This document shows, piece after piece, positions 48,716-58,667 of a stretch of DNA of 64,000 nucleotides. Within the stretch, counting starts at the first letter, position 1; every line of letters starts with the position of its first letter. The DNA is from Patescibacteria group bacterium (lineage in GTDB: Bacteria > Patescibacteriota > Microgenomatia > UBA1400 > UBA12028): contig DATIJC010000002.1 of assembly GCA_035479015.1 (NCBI GenBank), positions 9,777-73,776 of the forward strand, given 5' to 3'. The notes under the pieces are model-generated. The model saw only the letters and a list, made by a program, of their open reading frames with translations, was not told where the DNA came from and did not search any database. The position numbers and the translations under genes are program-made.

Positions 48716-48749
48716 TCTCTTACTCGTGGTTCGATTCCACGTGGGGGCA
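48678..48749 (+). tRNA. tRNA-Arg (TCT)
   Basis: Manual fold gives acceptor GCCCCCA/UGGGGGC, anticodon stem GGAGA/UCUCU with loop CUUCUAA, and T-arm CGUGGUUCGAUUCCACG. Confidence 0.8.
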
Positions 48750-48860
48750 CTTCGACAAGCTCAGTGCAAGCACTTTTTGCTCTTTCTTCTACTTGCATTC
48801 AAACGCAAAATCTTTCACACTCTTATCAGAGCCAAATTATATTGTAAAAAGGAGAAAAAT

Positions 48861-49088
48861 ATGGCGAAGAAATCAGGAATGGGAGTAGGCGCAATACTGG
48901 GCGCCGTGGTCGGCACAATAGCTGGGGCCGTAGGTATGTTTTTGTCTGATGAAGACAACCGCAAGAAAGTGGTGAAGGAAGCCAAACACGTAGAACATAT
49001 GATGGAAGCCGATGTGAAGAAAGCACGCCGTGGTGTAAAGCGAGTAGTTAGTAAGGCCAAGAAAACTACCAAGCGCCGCAGCCGCTAA
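48861..49088 (+). CDS. Small Gly-zipper membrane protein with basic C-terminus, hypothetical
   Basis: A GGAG ribosome-binding site precedes the ATG at 48861. It has a GAILGAVVGTIAGAVG glycine zipper, and a strong terminator follows. The track ORF starts at a GTG inside tRNA-Arg. Confidence 0.45.
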   Translation: MAKKSGMGVGAILGAVVGTIAGAVGMFLSDEDNRKKVVKEAKHVEHMMEADVKKARRGVKRVVSKAKKTTKRRSR

Positions 49089-49105
49089 TTTGGAATTTGA
49101 ATATG

Positions 49106-49137
49106 AAAAAGCCCTGCGTATGCGGGGCTTTTTTTAT
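49106..49137 (+). terminator. Rho-independent terminator
   Basis: Hairpin AAAAAGCCCUGCGUAUGCGGGGCUUUUUUU: a GC-rich stem followed by a 7-U run. Confidence 0.6.
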
Positions 49138-49156
49138 CTGGTAAAATAAGGATATT

Positions 49157-49234
49157 GGTGGATGTAGCTCAACTGGTTAGAGCATCAGATTGTGGATCTG
49201 ACGGTTGCGGGTTCGAATCCCGTCTTCCACCCCA
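49157..49234 (+). tRNA. tRNA-His (GTG) with G-1 and encoded CCA
   Basis: An extra 5' G pairs with discriminator C. Anticodon loop UUGUGGA, T-arm GCGGGUUCGAAUCCCGU, and a 3' CCA are present. Confidence 0.8.
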
Positions 49235-49238
49235 AAAA

Positions 49239-49964
49239 TTATTCTTCCGGGGGCGTGCCGTAGATGATCACTTGTGTACCAGGGTTATCCTTGGTAGCAC
49301 TGATGGAGGTTTTATCCCCAAGCACTGGGTCAGCCCAGTAGAAAAGGGTCCCCGCATCTTCAGTACGCATGTTCACACAGCCATGGCTCATAGGATGACC
49401 AAAGTTATCATGCCAATACGTGCCGTGGAAACTAAATCCTGCCGAAGCGGGTATCTGGCTGTTACCAAAAAACATCACGTAAGGCACATTCGGGAGATTG
49501 TACGCATCTGCCCCACTGCCGCCACTCATGCCAATATAGCGGAACTTGTTGGCGATCGTGAACGTTCCGGTAGGTGTCTTTCCCCATTTACCTGTTGATA
49601 TTCTAAATTCAAAAACCTGCCGGTCTCCCTCAAAGGCATAGAGGCGCTGAGCCGCCAGATCCACATTAATGTGCTTCGGCTGACTCGAGTCACCCAGGAC
49701 TGCTTTGGAGGCATAATCAGGCACCTTGGCGGAGATAAATTGCTTTCCTAAGAAAGTACCCACAGTCTGGCTGCTGTCATATGTTCCACTTTGTGTTAGA
49801 TTGACTGGGTTTGGGCCTCTAGAAGACCTTGCAAGGCCCTGAAAGCCTGTCAAAACTACGAGCAACCCTCCTACTAGGAGCGAAAGAATAACGAAGCCAA
49901 AACCTTGCTTAGAACGTGCCATCCCTCTAGTATGAGGGACTAAAAAGGCACTTGCAAGTGCCAT
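49239..49964 (-). CDS. L,D-transpeptidase (YkuD domain)
   Basis: Has an N-terminal TM anchor and the catalytic motif HGCVNM. Confidence 0.75.
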   Translation of the reverse strand: MALASAFLVPHTRGMARSKQGFGFVILSLLVGGLLVVLTGFQGLARSSRGPNPVNLTQSGTYDSSQTVGTFLGKQFISAKVPDYASKAVLGDSSQPKHINVDLAAQRLYAFEGDRQVFEFRISTGKWGKTPTGTFTIANKFRYIGMSGGSGADAYNLPNVPYVMFFGNSQIPASAGFSFHGTYWHDNFGHPMSHGCVNMRTEDAGTLFYWADPVLGDKTSISATKDNPGTQVIIYGTPPEE

Positions 49965-50057
49965 CTGGATTTCGCTGTTTAAATTGATTTATCAATATAA
50001 ATAATCATCACTGGTACTTGCTATTGAGCCTATAGTTTAGTATACTCGGCCGTTCAT

Positions 50058-50699
50058 ATGATGAACTTACCTGCTCTCATCGCCTCCGTCTTTCTGGCAT
50101 TTAATGTCGCCAGCGGTTCCGCCGTCCCAAGCCAAAAAATCTTGGGATCGCGTGAGTTTTCGCTCAACGACCGCTACAAAGTAGCCAGCGTCAACGAAGT
50201 GTTTAAAAAGAACATTCTACTCAACATGGCATACCTGCGTGGTAGCGTGACCCAAAAGAAGGATATTGATTGGGCTACAGTTGAAAGCCCATTCACCTAT
50301 TCCTTCACGCTACGCCAAGGTGAATCCTTCGCCTTCCATGATAGTGTCTTGCCTGAGTATCAAGGGAAGGTCGTCAAGACTACGAATGCGCATTTTAACT
50401 CTACCGAAGGGTTTGTCTCCGATGGATATCTAGTAGGAGACGGTGTTTGCCATCTTGCTTCCCTAATCAACTGGGCTGCCCAAGATGCAGGACTTACTAT
50501 CTTAGTCACCAAGAACCATGACTTTGCCAAAATTGAGGAAGTACCTAAAGAGTATGGTGTGTCCATCTATGTCAGTCCCACTACGGGCGCTGGTACACGC
50601 AACAACCTCTACATCACGAATAACCAAAATCAGGATGTAACCTTTTCCTTCAGCTTTGACGGTACCGAGCTCAAGGTCGATGTGATAGCATCTAAATAA
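50058..50699 (+). CDS. VanW-like domain protein, secreted
   Basis: Has a signal peptide and a GDGVCHLASLINWAAQDAGL block resembling the VanW GGGVCQ motif. Confidence 0.5.
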   Translation: MMNLPALIASVFLAFNVASGSAVPSQKILGSREFSLNDRYKVASVNEVFKKNILLNMAYLRGSVTQKKDIDWATVESPFTYSFTLRQGESFAFHDSVLPEYQGKVVKTTNAHFNSTEGFVSDGYLVGDGVCHLASLINWAAQDAGLTILVTKNHDFAKIEEVPKEYGVSIYVSPTTGAGTRNNLYITNNQNQDVTFSFSFDGTELKVDVIASK

Positions 50700-51058
50700 T
50701 GCAGTTTAATCCACTCACTCCCGAAGAAAAGCACGTGATAGAAGACAAAGGAACAGAGGCTCCTTTCACCGGCGAATACGATGACTTCTTTGTTCCTGGA
50801 ACCTATGTTTGCAGGCGCTGCAATGCCCCCCTGTATCGGTCTGAAGATAAATTCAACGCCCACTGCGGATGGCCTGCTTTTGATCAAGAAGTTCCCGGCG
50901 CGGTAAAGCACATGCCTTTTAAAGGCTGGGATTGGCAAGAAATCCAATGTGCCAATTGTGGCGCCCACCTAGGACACGTGTTCAAGGGTGAAGGTTTTAC
51001 AAAAACAGATACACGCCATTGCGTTAACTCTATTTCGATGAGATTTATACCGAAATGA
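50699..51058 (+). CDS. msrB: Peptide-methionine (R)-S-oxide reductase
   Basis: Contains CxxC pairs, HCGWPAF and RHCVNS motifs. Confidence 0.85.
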   Translation: MQFNPLTPEEKHVIEDKGTEAPFTGEYDDFFVPGTYVCRRCNAPLYRSEDKFNAHCGWPAFDQEVPGAVKHMPFKGWDWQEIQCANCGAHLGHVFKGEGFTKTDTRHCVNSISMRFIPK

Positions 51059-51135
51059 TTTTTGATCCTCTCCAAAAATTTGGAGAGGACATCTGGTGAG
51101 GCGAAGCGAATCCAGATAGGTGAGGTGTGAAGAAT

Positions 51136-51666
51136 ATGACTGATTTTGCGTACTTCGGCGGTGGCTGCTTCTGGTGCACGGAAGCTATCTTCCAGCGCCT
51201 GCGTGGTGTGGTCTCTGTAATTCCCGGTTATGCTGGAGGCGACATGGACAACCCAAATTATGAAGCGGTTTCTGATGGCGACACGGGGCACGCTGAGATG
51301 ATCCGCATTGAATTTGACCCATCGGTCATTTCTTATGAACAACTTTTAGATGTCTTCTGGCATACACATGATCCGACGACGAGGAACCAGCAAGGGGCTG
51401 ATATCGGAGAACAGTACCGCTCAGTTGTACTTTTTGCCAATGAAGAACAAAAACGAGCTGCAGAAAAATCAAAGCAAGATCTTGCCAATTCCGGTGAATA
51501 TGAAAAACCAATTGTGACTGAAATCAGACCATTTGAAAAATTCTTTGAAGCAGAAAACTATCACCATGACTACTACGAAAAACACAAAGAGGCGCCTTAC
51601 TGTCAGATTGTCATCAATCCAAAATTAGAAAAGTTTAAGAAACGCTACAAAGAGTTACTCAAGTAA
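51136..51666 (+). CDS. msrA: Peptide-methionine (S)-S-oxide reductase
   Basis: Contains the GGGCFWC active site. The ATG at 51136 follows a GAGGTG ribosome-binding site; the track ORF starts at a GTG at 51127. Confidence 0.85.
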   Translation: MTDFAYFGGGCFWCTEAIFQRLRGVVSVIPGYAGGDMDNPNYEAVSDGDTGHAEMIRIEFDPSVISYEQLLDVFWHTHDPTTRNQQGADIGEQYRSVVLFANEEQKRAAEKSKQDLANSGEYEKPIVTEIRPFEKFFEAENYHHDYYEKHKEAPYCQIVINPKLEKFKKRYKELLK

Positions 51667-52293
51667 ATGGGCATGGTCGTTAAAAGTCAGGATTTCCCAT
51701 CGCTTGTCTTCTCTATAAGAGCAGACTGTTATCCCTGTATTCGTTGTCTGCAGTCCTTCTACTAGTAGATCAAATTGTCTGGATGAAAATTCCGGACCAA
51801 AAAGCATTAGACCCAGTAAGGCTCGGATAACATGACCATGGCTCACGAGCACGATATTTTCTTGATTCCTCATTTCGATCTGTCTGAGTTGTTGGGCGAT
51901 ACGCTTGATAAAGTCCCAAGTATTTTCTTCATTACTGTAGTGCCAATCGGGATCATCGCTGTGTTTTGCAATCGCTTTCCAAATATGATGGACATCAATG
52001 TGTTTTTTCCCAGCAGTTTCAGACGGGCCCTGCTTCTCAATCAGTTTTTCATTGAACTCGATTTCTTTACTAACCGCTGCTGAAATCTCTTTAGCTGTCT
52101 GCTCGGCCCGCATTGCAGTACTGGAGATAATCAAATCCACAGGGGTGTGTAGAAAACGCCCCGCTACTTTTTTTGCCTGTGATAATCCAGAGGGACTGAG
52201 TGGCATTTCATTCGTTTGATGAACACGCGCCGCGTTCCCCTCACTCTCTCCATGGCGAACTATGTATAAGGTCATAATGTATGGATCCCACAT
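51655..52293 (-). CDS. Histidine phosphatase family protein (phosphoglycerate mutase-like)
   Basis: Contains an RHGESEGN motif (LYIVRHGESEGN). Confidence 0.65.
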   Translation of the reverse strand: MWDPYIMTLYIVRHGESEGNAARVHQTNEMPLSPSGLSQAKKVAGRFLHTPVDLIISSTAMRAEQTAKEISAAVSKEIEFNEKLIEKQGPSETAGKKHIDVHHIWKAIAKHSDDPDWHYSNEENTWDFIKRIAQQLRQIEMRNQENIVLVSHGHVIRALLGLMLFGPEFSSRQFDLLVEGLQTTNTGITVCSYREDKRWEILTFNDHAHLLE

Positions 52294-52342
52294 ACTTGAG
52301 ATTGCATCTCAGGTTTTGGGATGACACTGCCTGCGGCTAGTG

Positions 52343-53911
52343 TCACTTTGCAATATCAACAGCCCGCATCTCACGTATAACTGTCACCGTGACTGTACCT
52401 GGATAGGTAACTTCATCTTTGATACGATCCTTGATCTGATGCGAGAGCACTACTGCATCCTCATCACTGGATTTCTCGGCATTGAGGATCACGCGGATCT
52501 CACGTCCAGCTTGGATCGCGAAGGCTTCACGGACTTTGTCAGATGACTTGGCGATCTCTTCTAACTTGGTCAAACGCTTTACGTACTCTTCGTAGTTCTC
52601 GTAACGTGCACCAGGACGTGCTCCAGAAATCGCATCTGATATATAGACAATCATTGCTTCTTTACTTGAAAATGGCTTGTCTTCATGGTGCTGCTCTACA
52701 CAATCAATGACTGCCTCTGGCATGTGATATTTTCGAAGCAGGTTCACACCCAATTCAATATGGCTGCCTTCTTCATCCATAACCACCTTACCAATATCGT
52801 GCAGTAAACATCCTAGGCGGACAGTGTCCACGTTGGCACCAATTTCTTTAGCAATCGCGATACCGATTTTTGTCTCTTCTAGAGTGTGTGCAATCATGTT
52901 CTGGCCATATGAGAAGCGGTATTTAAACCGTCCCAGCATTTGCACTAAATCATGAGGCATATTAAATACACCTACCATGTGGCAGAGTTTCTTGCCTTCC
53001 TCGAACATGATCTTATCGAGCTCTTCAGCGACTTTTTTCACCACCTCTTCAATACGTGACGGCTGAATACGGCCATCCTTTACTAACCGTTCAAGGGCGA
53101 TGCGGGCAATTTCACGCCTCACTGGATCAAAACATGATAGGCGGACTGTGCCTGGTTGATCATCGAGGTCGACGTCTACACCAGTCACCTGTTCAAAGGA
53201 GCGGATGTTGCGGCCGTCTTTACCGATGATCTTGCCTTTGACATCTTCACTGGGCAATTCAACGACCGAGACAGTGTACTCACTCACATAACTCGTAGCG
53301 CCGTGCTTCATAGCGTCAACCAAGATCTCCTTGGCCTGTTCATCAGCCTCTTCTTTGGCTTTATTGACCTTCTCCTGGATCATCTCTGCCATTTCACGCC
53401 CCAAGCTCCTCTCCAAGTTCTCTAAAACCTGAGTCTTTGCAGCCTCGCGGGTAAGCCCTGCAACCTGCTCAAGCTTGGTAATCAAACCCTTGCGTTGTTC
53501 ATCCAATTGGGTTGAGCGGTGATCAAGATCACCTTTGCGCTTTTGCAGTTCTTTGTCGCGGTCATCCAACGTGCGCAGTCTTGTCTCTACGCTAGCGAGT
53601 TTTTGATCAATTGATCGCTGAGCCTGGGCTACTTCCTCGCGGACCGATTTCATCTCACGTTCTGCCGATTCACGGATAGTGAGGGCTTCTGCTTTGGCTT
53701 CGACAATGATCTCGCGGGAGCGGGCTTGGGCTTCACGGGCTGCCGCATCATTCATTGCGGCTTGTGCTTGTGGGTCCACTTTTGGCGCTACGACCAGCTT
53801 CACTTGAGTCGAAACGGGCTTTGAAGGTCGAACTGGCGGAAGTGTTTTTCCATCGGTTGCTGGTCCCAATAGACTTGAAAGTCTGGTAAAAAATGACATA
53901 AATCCTTTCAA
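52343..53911 (-). CDS. rny: Ribonuclease Y
   Basis: 522 aa protein with an N-terminal TM helix, a coiled-coil, a KH domain and an HD domain (LLHDIGK). Confidence 0.9.
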   Translation of the reverse strand: MKGFMSFFTRLSSLLGPATDGKTLPPVRPSKPVSTQVKLVVAPKVDPQAQAAMNDAAAREAQARSREIIVEAKAEALTIRESAEREMKSVREEVAQAQRSIDQKLASVETRLRTLDDRDKELQKRKGDLDHRSTQLDEQRKGLITKLEQVAGLTREAAKTQVLENLERSLGREMAEMIQEKVNKAKEEADEQAKEILVDAMKHGATSYVSEYTVSVVELPSEDVKGKIIGKDGRNIRSFEQVTGVDVDLDDQPGTVRLSCFDPVRREIARIALERLVKDGRIQPSRIEEVVKKVAEELDKIMFEEGKKLCHMVGVFNMPHDLVQMLGRFKYRFSYGQNMIAHTLEETKIGIAIAKEIGANVDTVRLGCLLHDIGKVVMDEEGSHIELGVNLLRKYHMPEAVIDCVEQHHEDKPFSSKEAMIVYISDAISGARPGARYENYEEYVKRLTKLEEIAKSSDKVREAFAIQAGREIRVILNAEKSSDEDAVVLSHQIKDRIKDEVTYPGTVTVTVIREMRAVDIAK

Positions 53912-54091
53912 ACGATTACGAATAGTAATCTTTGAAGTGACGGGAAAATGAAGGCAAAAATGGCACTACTAAACCCTAGGAAATTACTGAGAATTTCGCG
54001 GGGTCGATTCCGATTGGAATGGAGTACGATTTTGCATAAAGAAATGATCCTTCAAATTTTTAGCGTCTTTTTTCAAAGATTGACCCTGATC

Positions 54092-54565
54092 TTACCTTTT
54101 TTTAGCTGTTTCGTCAAGGAAACGGCTAATCTCACTTGAGGAGAAACCAGAGGAGAACAGAACCTGGTATGTCTTTGCCCGCTGCAGGTTGGACGGTTGT
54201 TTTGCAATCCTGCCTTTCGCCTTTTGTAAGCGTTTTTCCATAGCCGCAAACAAATCTTCTTCACTAACCTCTCTGAGAGCATTCGAGATATCTTCTTTAG
54301 AAATGCCGAGACTAGAAAGTTTGGCTTTGATATATGCCTGCCCCTTCGCTTTGGAGGAAATCAGAGAATGGACGAAGCTGGCTGCTGTGCGAGAGTCATC
54401 TATATAGCCAAGACGTTTATATTTTTCCACCAGCACATCAATGATATTTTCGTCTTCACCGTCATGAAGTTTTCGCTGTAAGTATCGGCGCACTTCTAGC
54501 TCGCTTCGGTCACGGATCGAAATATATCTACCAAGTAAGTTTTCCAAACGGACTATTTCACTCAT
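54092..54565 (-). CDS. recX: Regulatory protein RecX
   Basis: 157 aa helical-repeat protein immediately downstream of recA with a 4-nt overlap. Confidence 0.65.
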   Translation of the reverse strand: MSEIVRLENLLGRYISIRDRSELEVRRYLQRKLHDGEDENIIDVLVEKYKRLGYIDDSRTAASFVHSLISSKAKGQAYIKAKLSSLGISKEDISNALREVSEEDLFAAMEKRLQKAKGRIAKQPSNLQRAKTYQVLFSSGFSSSEISRFLDETAKKR

Positions 54566-55683
54566 TCTTCTTTTGGACTTTCGGACTCTTTGATTTCCAT
54601 CGGCGCCCCGGCCTTGCCATCTTTTATACGCTGGCGGATGAGCGCGTCCAACTCGTTCATGAGCGCCTGATTTGCTTCTAATTCAAGCTTCAATGCATCA
54701 CGACCCTGTGCCAAAGTTTTGTCCTTGTACTTATAGAAACTCCCGCTTTTTTGTAAAATTCCCATCTCTACGGCGACGTCTACGATACCACCACTCTTAC
54801 TTATTCCCCCTACGTTCATGATATCAAACTCTGCCATACGGAATGGCGGTGCCATTTTATTTTTCACTACTTTGCCACGATGCCGTCCGCCGATCACCAC
54901 TTCACCTTCTGTTATGTTACCAATCTTGCGCATATCTACACGGGCCGATGCATAGAATTTCAATGCCTGTCCACCAGTAGTCGTTTCCGGATTACCAAAC
55001 ATGACGCCAATTTTCATGCGGATTTGGTTGGTAAAGATAAGTAAGGTCTTACTTTTGTTGATTGCTGCAGTGAGCTTGCGCATCGCTTGACTCATCAAAC
55101 GAGCCTGTGCACCCATGACGGCATCTCCCATCTCGCCTTCGATTTCTGCCTTTGGTGTAAGTGCTGCGACGGAGTCGACAACGATGACATCCAAACCACC
55201 GGATCGAACCAGCATCTCTGTGATCTCCAGTGCTTGTTCACCGTTATCAGGTTGAGAAATTAATAAATTATCTAAATTCACACCGATCGCTTTAGCGCGC
55301 ATCGGATCCAGTGCGTGTTCAGCATCAATAAAGGCTGCCGTGCCACCTTTTTTCTGTGCCTCAGCGATCACATGCAGACACACTGTGGTTTTTCCTGATG
55401 CTTCAGGTCCATATACTTCTACGATACGTCCGCGCGGGAAACCGCCGATACCAAGTGCAAGATCTAACGCTATAGAACCAGTGGAGATAGCGGGAACCAG
55501 TTGCTCCGCCTGCATCTGCTCACCCAATTTCATGATGGATCCCTTGCCGTACTGTTTTTCAATCTGCTGCATGGCAATGCGTACAGCCTCCATACGTTCA
55601 CTGTTTACATTAGAAACTGGCTGCCTGTTTTGTGTTGGTTGCGGCGCTGGCATAGAAACCTTTCTCTTTATGTTCGGGCTCAT
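54562..55683 (-). CDS. recA: Recombinase RecA
   Basis: Contains Walker A (GPEASGKTT), [15 protein letters not shown] and the L1/L2 loops. Confidence 0.95.
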   Translation of the reverse strand: MSPNIKRKVSMPAPQPTQNRQPVSNVNSERMEAVRIAMQQIEKQYGKGSIMKLGEQMQAEQLVPAISTGSIALDLALGIGGFPRGRIVEVYGPEASGKTTVCLHVIAEAQKKGGTAAFIDAEHALDPMRAKAIGVNLDNLLISQPDNGEQALEITEMLVRSGGLDVIVVDSVAALTPKAEIEGEMGDAVMGAQARLMSQAMRKLTAAINKSKTLLIFTNQIRMKIGVMFGNPETTTGGQALKFYASARVDMRKIGNITEGEVVIGGRHRGKVVKNKMAPPFRMAEFDIMNVGGISKSGGIVDVAVEMGILQKSGSFYKYKDKTLAQGRDALKLELEANQALMNELDALIRQRIKDGKAGAPMEIKESESPKEE

Positions 55684-55707
55684 CTAAACACAGAAAGAAA
55701 TTACTGA

Positions 55708-55723
55708 CAAGTAGCGGTATAAT
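55708..55723 (+). promoter_or_regulatory. Motif CAAGTAGCGGTATAAT (likely tRNA-Pro promoter -10; resembles the shared AAGTAG..GGTA motif)
   Basis: TATAAT lies 52 nt before tRNA-Pro. The motif sits in the recA divergent intergenic region. Confidence 0.25.
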
Positions 55724-55775
55724 CTCATTCTTGCCAATGCGGAAGCGGGCTTGCCCGCCGAAGTCTTGACGCAGG

Positions 55776-55846
55776 CGGGGTATAGTTTAATGGTAGAATT
55801 CGTGGCTGGGGGTCATGAGGCGAAAGTTCGATTCTTTCTACCCCGA
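55776..55846 (+). tRNA. tRNA-Pro (GGG)
   Basis: Manual fold gives C1-G72 acceptor (CGGGGUA/UACCCCG), anticodon stem CGUGG/UCAUG (two G-U pairs), loop CUGGGGG with G37, and T-arm GAAAGUUCGAUUCUUUC. Confidence 0.75.
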
Positions 55847-55850
55847 CTTA

Positions 55851-56120
55851 TTATCGGCGCACTGGCCGAAGCAACTGTAGTGCTATCGTGCATGCAAAAT
55901 CGCGGATATCCAATAATTCTTTCTCACTCATGTTTTTTCCCAAGCGATCTATTACATCCTTAACTTGACTACTATATTCAAGATTAAACAATCTTCCTTC
56001 TTCACCTTGCTGGTCAAGAGAATCCTGGAAAAATTGGAGTAGTTGCTCCTTGGTTACTGACTCGCCACCTGCAACATGTTTAACGAGCTCTTCACCTGTA
56101 AAAATTTGGTTCATATTCAA
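55851..56120 (-). CDS. Hypothetical protein
   Basis: 89 aa ORF. Confidence 0.3.
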   Translation of the reverse strand: MNMNQIFTGEELVKHVAGGESVTKEQLLQFFQDSLDQQGEEGRLFNLEYSSQVKDVIDRLGKNMSEKELLDIRDFACTIALQLLRPVRR

Positions 56121-56148
56121 TAACGAGAACGATTTGCAACACCTCTTC

Positions 56149-56334
56149 TTATCCTCTCACGGCGCCAAGACTCAATACAGATCCTTTTCCATATTTTCTT
56201 TCCAAATCAGATCTAACCGCATCTTTCGCGTCCACAGCTTTTCTAGCTTCTACTGGAAAAGTCGACACATGTTCTTTTCCATTAATTTTATACTTTGCGG
56301 CAATAATAAAGTTTACTCTTTCTTCAGAAGACAT
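56149..56334 (-). CDS. Hypothetical small protein
   Basis: 61 aa ORF. Confidence 0.3.
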   Translation of the reverse strand: MSSEERVNFIIAAKYKINGKEHVSTFPVEARKAVDAKDAVRSDLERKYGKGSVLSLGAVRG

Positions 56335-56343
56335 ACTTTCCTT

Positions 56344-57522
56344 TCATGCCCAAGTTTTAATGAGTGTTGCTACTGACTGAGATTGTAACGTATACGCCCC
56401 GGTACTTGCAGGAATAAAGATAGACGCACCCTTTTCAGCATGCAGCGAAAGATCACCAACGATTAGATCAATACTGCCATCTTTGACAAACAAATGATGG
56501 AAACTGTCATCTGTATTCGTATCCGCTTCTACTCCCCTATACTCCTTACCTATTTGCAGCAGCGATGATTTGTAATACAAAGAATTAAAAAGCCTGGCTT
56601 TTTCCAATCCACCACTGCTTATTTCTTCCATTTTACGGACCAGCGTGGCGGGATCATTGTGAGTAGTCTCAGCATCCAGTGCTGCAAAATAATCATCAAT
56701 ATGGATCGGCCGGATTGTGCCATCGTCTGCGATCTTACCTTTATCAAAAGACCGTAGCGTACAGTCTTTATCCATGACGTTTAGTTGTACTTCGTAGACA
56801 ATATTCCCGTCGGGGATATCTGCTCCTTCTTCCCACGAATGATGTGTTCCCCCATCGGATAAATCTATTAACGTATCTGCTTCTATATTTATCTCGTTTA
56901 CAAATTGATAAGGACTGTTTTCTTGAATTGTTTTGGCAAGCTGCGCTCTTGCATCAACAACTGCGTACTGCGCACTGCGGACTTTCTCACTAAGTTCTAA
57001 AGCTACGGTTTCTATAGATTTACATACTTGTCTATATTTTTCCAAATCAGATCCAGTTTTTAATCCTAGCGTTGCTTTTCCTTTTTCAAAAAAGTACCAA
57101 CTCTCAGGTTTTGGCTTCCAATTCGCTGTAGTATTGCCCGGTCGCACATGCACCTGAAATGAGTTCCCCTTTGCTTGCGTAAACTTGATAAGCACGCGCA
57201 TCCGGTTGCCAAAACTTTCTGCGTTTCTCTTCCCCAAAACTTTTTCCGGATCACTATCGATAAGTGATTGCAGCGAGAAAAGAGCGTGTGAGTTGCCAAA
57301 AATTTCCTGTGTCAGGCCATCACTTGCATTGCCCAATTCAATCGGCAACTCATTAGAGTTAGTAATGGATGACAAACTGGAATCCTGTGCCAATTCATAT
57401 GATTGTCCAATTGTTAAACTTTGCAAATTTGCAGGCAAGTTCTTAAATCCAGCGATATACTTTCCACCCCAGGTAGGTTGAGGAATTAGTTTTGGAACAA
57501 TAAGGTATGGTTGAATTTGCAT
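56344..57522 (-). CDS. manA: Mannose-6-phosphate isomerase, class I-like
   Basis: 392 aa protein. Its N-terminal Y..WGGK pattern and SFQVHV block resemble ManA (YAWGSK, LSIQVHP). It sits in a hexose-phosphate gene cluster. Confidence 0.5.
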   Translation of the reverse strand: MQIQPYLIVPKLIPQPTWGGKYIAGFKNLPANLQSLTIGQSYELAQDSSLSSITNSNELPIELGNASDGLTQEIFGNSHALFSLQSLIDSDPEKVLGKRNAESFGNRMRVLIKFTQAKGNSFQVHVRPGNTTANWKPKPESWYFFEKGKATLGLKTGSDLEKYRQVCKSIETVALELSEKVRSAQYAVVDARAQLAKTIQENSPYQFVNEINIEADTLIDLSDGGTHHSWEEGADIPDGNIVYEVQLNVMDKDCTLRSFDKGKIADDGTIRPIHIDDYFAALDAETTHNDPATLVRKMEEISSGGLEKARLFNSLYYKSSLLQIGKEYRGVEADTNTDDSFHHLFVKDGSIDLIVGDLSLHAEKGASIFIPASTGAYTLQSQSVATLIKTWA

Positions 57523-57523
57523 G

Positions 57524-58594
57524 TTACTTCTTTAACTCTGCTTTGAACCAATCGACCCACAGATTGGGCGTTGGGTTTTGACCATTGAGTAGTGCCAGGT
57601 AAAACGTCGTGTATGCACCAAATGCCATCAGCTCAAAAACTTGCGACAACTTTGTCTTTGACTTTAATACAAGTTCTCGTGACTCACATTTGTTCTGCTC
57701 GATTACCTGCGCGGTGAGTTTCATCCGCTTACTGTTACCAACTGCGTATAGTGATGAATTTACCAGCAGGAAAAGTAAGTTAACATCGTTTGATTTGGGG
57801 AAAGCTAAACCTTCCATTAAATGATGATTCATTTCCGGAACCACTCTGTATTCTGAATATACTTTGGCGGTTTCGTTAAAGGCGTTGGCTACGACATGTG
57901 ACGCACCTTCCAGATGCTCTGCCGCCGTAATAATGGGTAAGCGCTCTACGGATTCAAAGGCCAACAATTTTGCTAGATTTTTATCCTGAGCGATCTCCAC
58001 ATTATTTTCTAACTGAACCTGAGCCACTACCTGTAAGACTTCTTCAAAATCTGTTCGCGATAGTGAGAGTAAACCTGTGCGCTCAAGCAGTGCGATTTGA
58101 CCAAACACAGAGTACCCAAGTGCATAACGCGGCACATTGCATGGGTTAAAAGTAGCCGTGTAGATATACCCGGGATAATTATTTGTTTTCAAAAAGTCTG
58201 CTAGCTTTCCGCCCGATGCGAGCCCGGTAATCTGAGCACCTTTCTTCTTGGCATCTTCACCAGCCGAAAGAGTTTCTTCTGTGTTACCAGAATAACTGGA
58301 CAGCACTACCAAAGTTTCACTGTTTACCCATGCAGGGAGTGTGTAATCGGGCACGCTAAAAACCGGAACTTTTAGCTCGTCTTTAAACAGTGTTTGAATA
58401 ACATGTGTTCCGTACGCAGATCCACCCATACCCGCTACCACGACATTTTTAACGATCTTGTAGGTTTCGGGAAATTTAATCCCGCGCGTCTCATCCCATG
58501 CTTGTTTAATTTGACTGCCCAATTCTTCTATAGATCTCAGTCCATTATTGGTATCCAGTTTTTTGATCTCATCACGATCGTCTAATATGCTCAT
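57524..58594 (-). CDS. Bifunctional phosphoglucose/phosphomannose isomerase (SIS domain)
   Basis: 356 aa protein with tandem SIS domains of the archaeal-type PGI/PMI pattern. Confidence 0.65.
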   Translation of the reverse strand: MSILDDRDEIKKLDTNNGLRSIEELGSQIKQAWDETRGIKFPETYKIVKNVVVAGMGGSAYGTHVIQTLFKDELKVPVFSVPDYTLPAWVNSETLVVLSSYSGNTEETLSAGEDAKKKGAQITGLASGGKLADFLKTNNYPGYIYTATFNPCNVPRYALGYSVFGQIALLERTGLLSLSRTDFEEVLQVVAQVQLENNVEIAQDKNLAKLLAFESVERLPIITAAEHLEGASHVVANAFNETAKVYSEYRVVPEMNHHLMEGLAFPKSNDVNLLFLLVNSSLYAVGNSKRMKLTAQVIEQNKCESRELVLKSKTKLSQVFELMAFGAYTTFYLALLNGQNPTPNLWVDWFKAELKK

Positions 58595-58608
58595 AAGTCT
58601 CCTTCTGT

Positions 58609-58639
58609 GTCATCCTTGCGTAGGCAAGGATCCAGACAA
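58609..58639. repeat. Palindromic REP/MITE-like element, copy E (compensatory variant gtcatccttgcGTAGgcaaggat)
   Basis: The hairpin is retained through paired substitutions. Confidence 0.65.
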
Positions 58640-58667
58640 TAAGTAACTCACTATTGTATTTTATTTG

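Noticed and set aside
49155-49598. 147-aa plus-strand ORF with a TTG start
   Set aside because: It begins inside tRNA-His and runs antisense through the well-supported L,D-transpeptidase gene (HGCVNM motif on the minus strand). It is a six-frame artifact.
53912-54091. GGGGTCGATTCCGATTGG in the rny/recX intergenic region, which resembles a tRNA T-arm
   Set aside because: No acceptor, D-arm or anticodon-arm pairing can be built around it on either strand. It is probably a chance GTTCGATTCC-like match.
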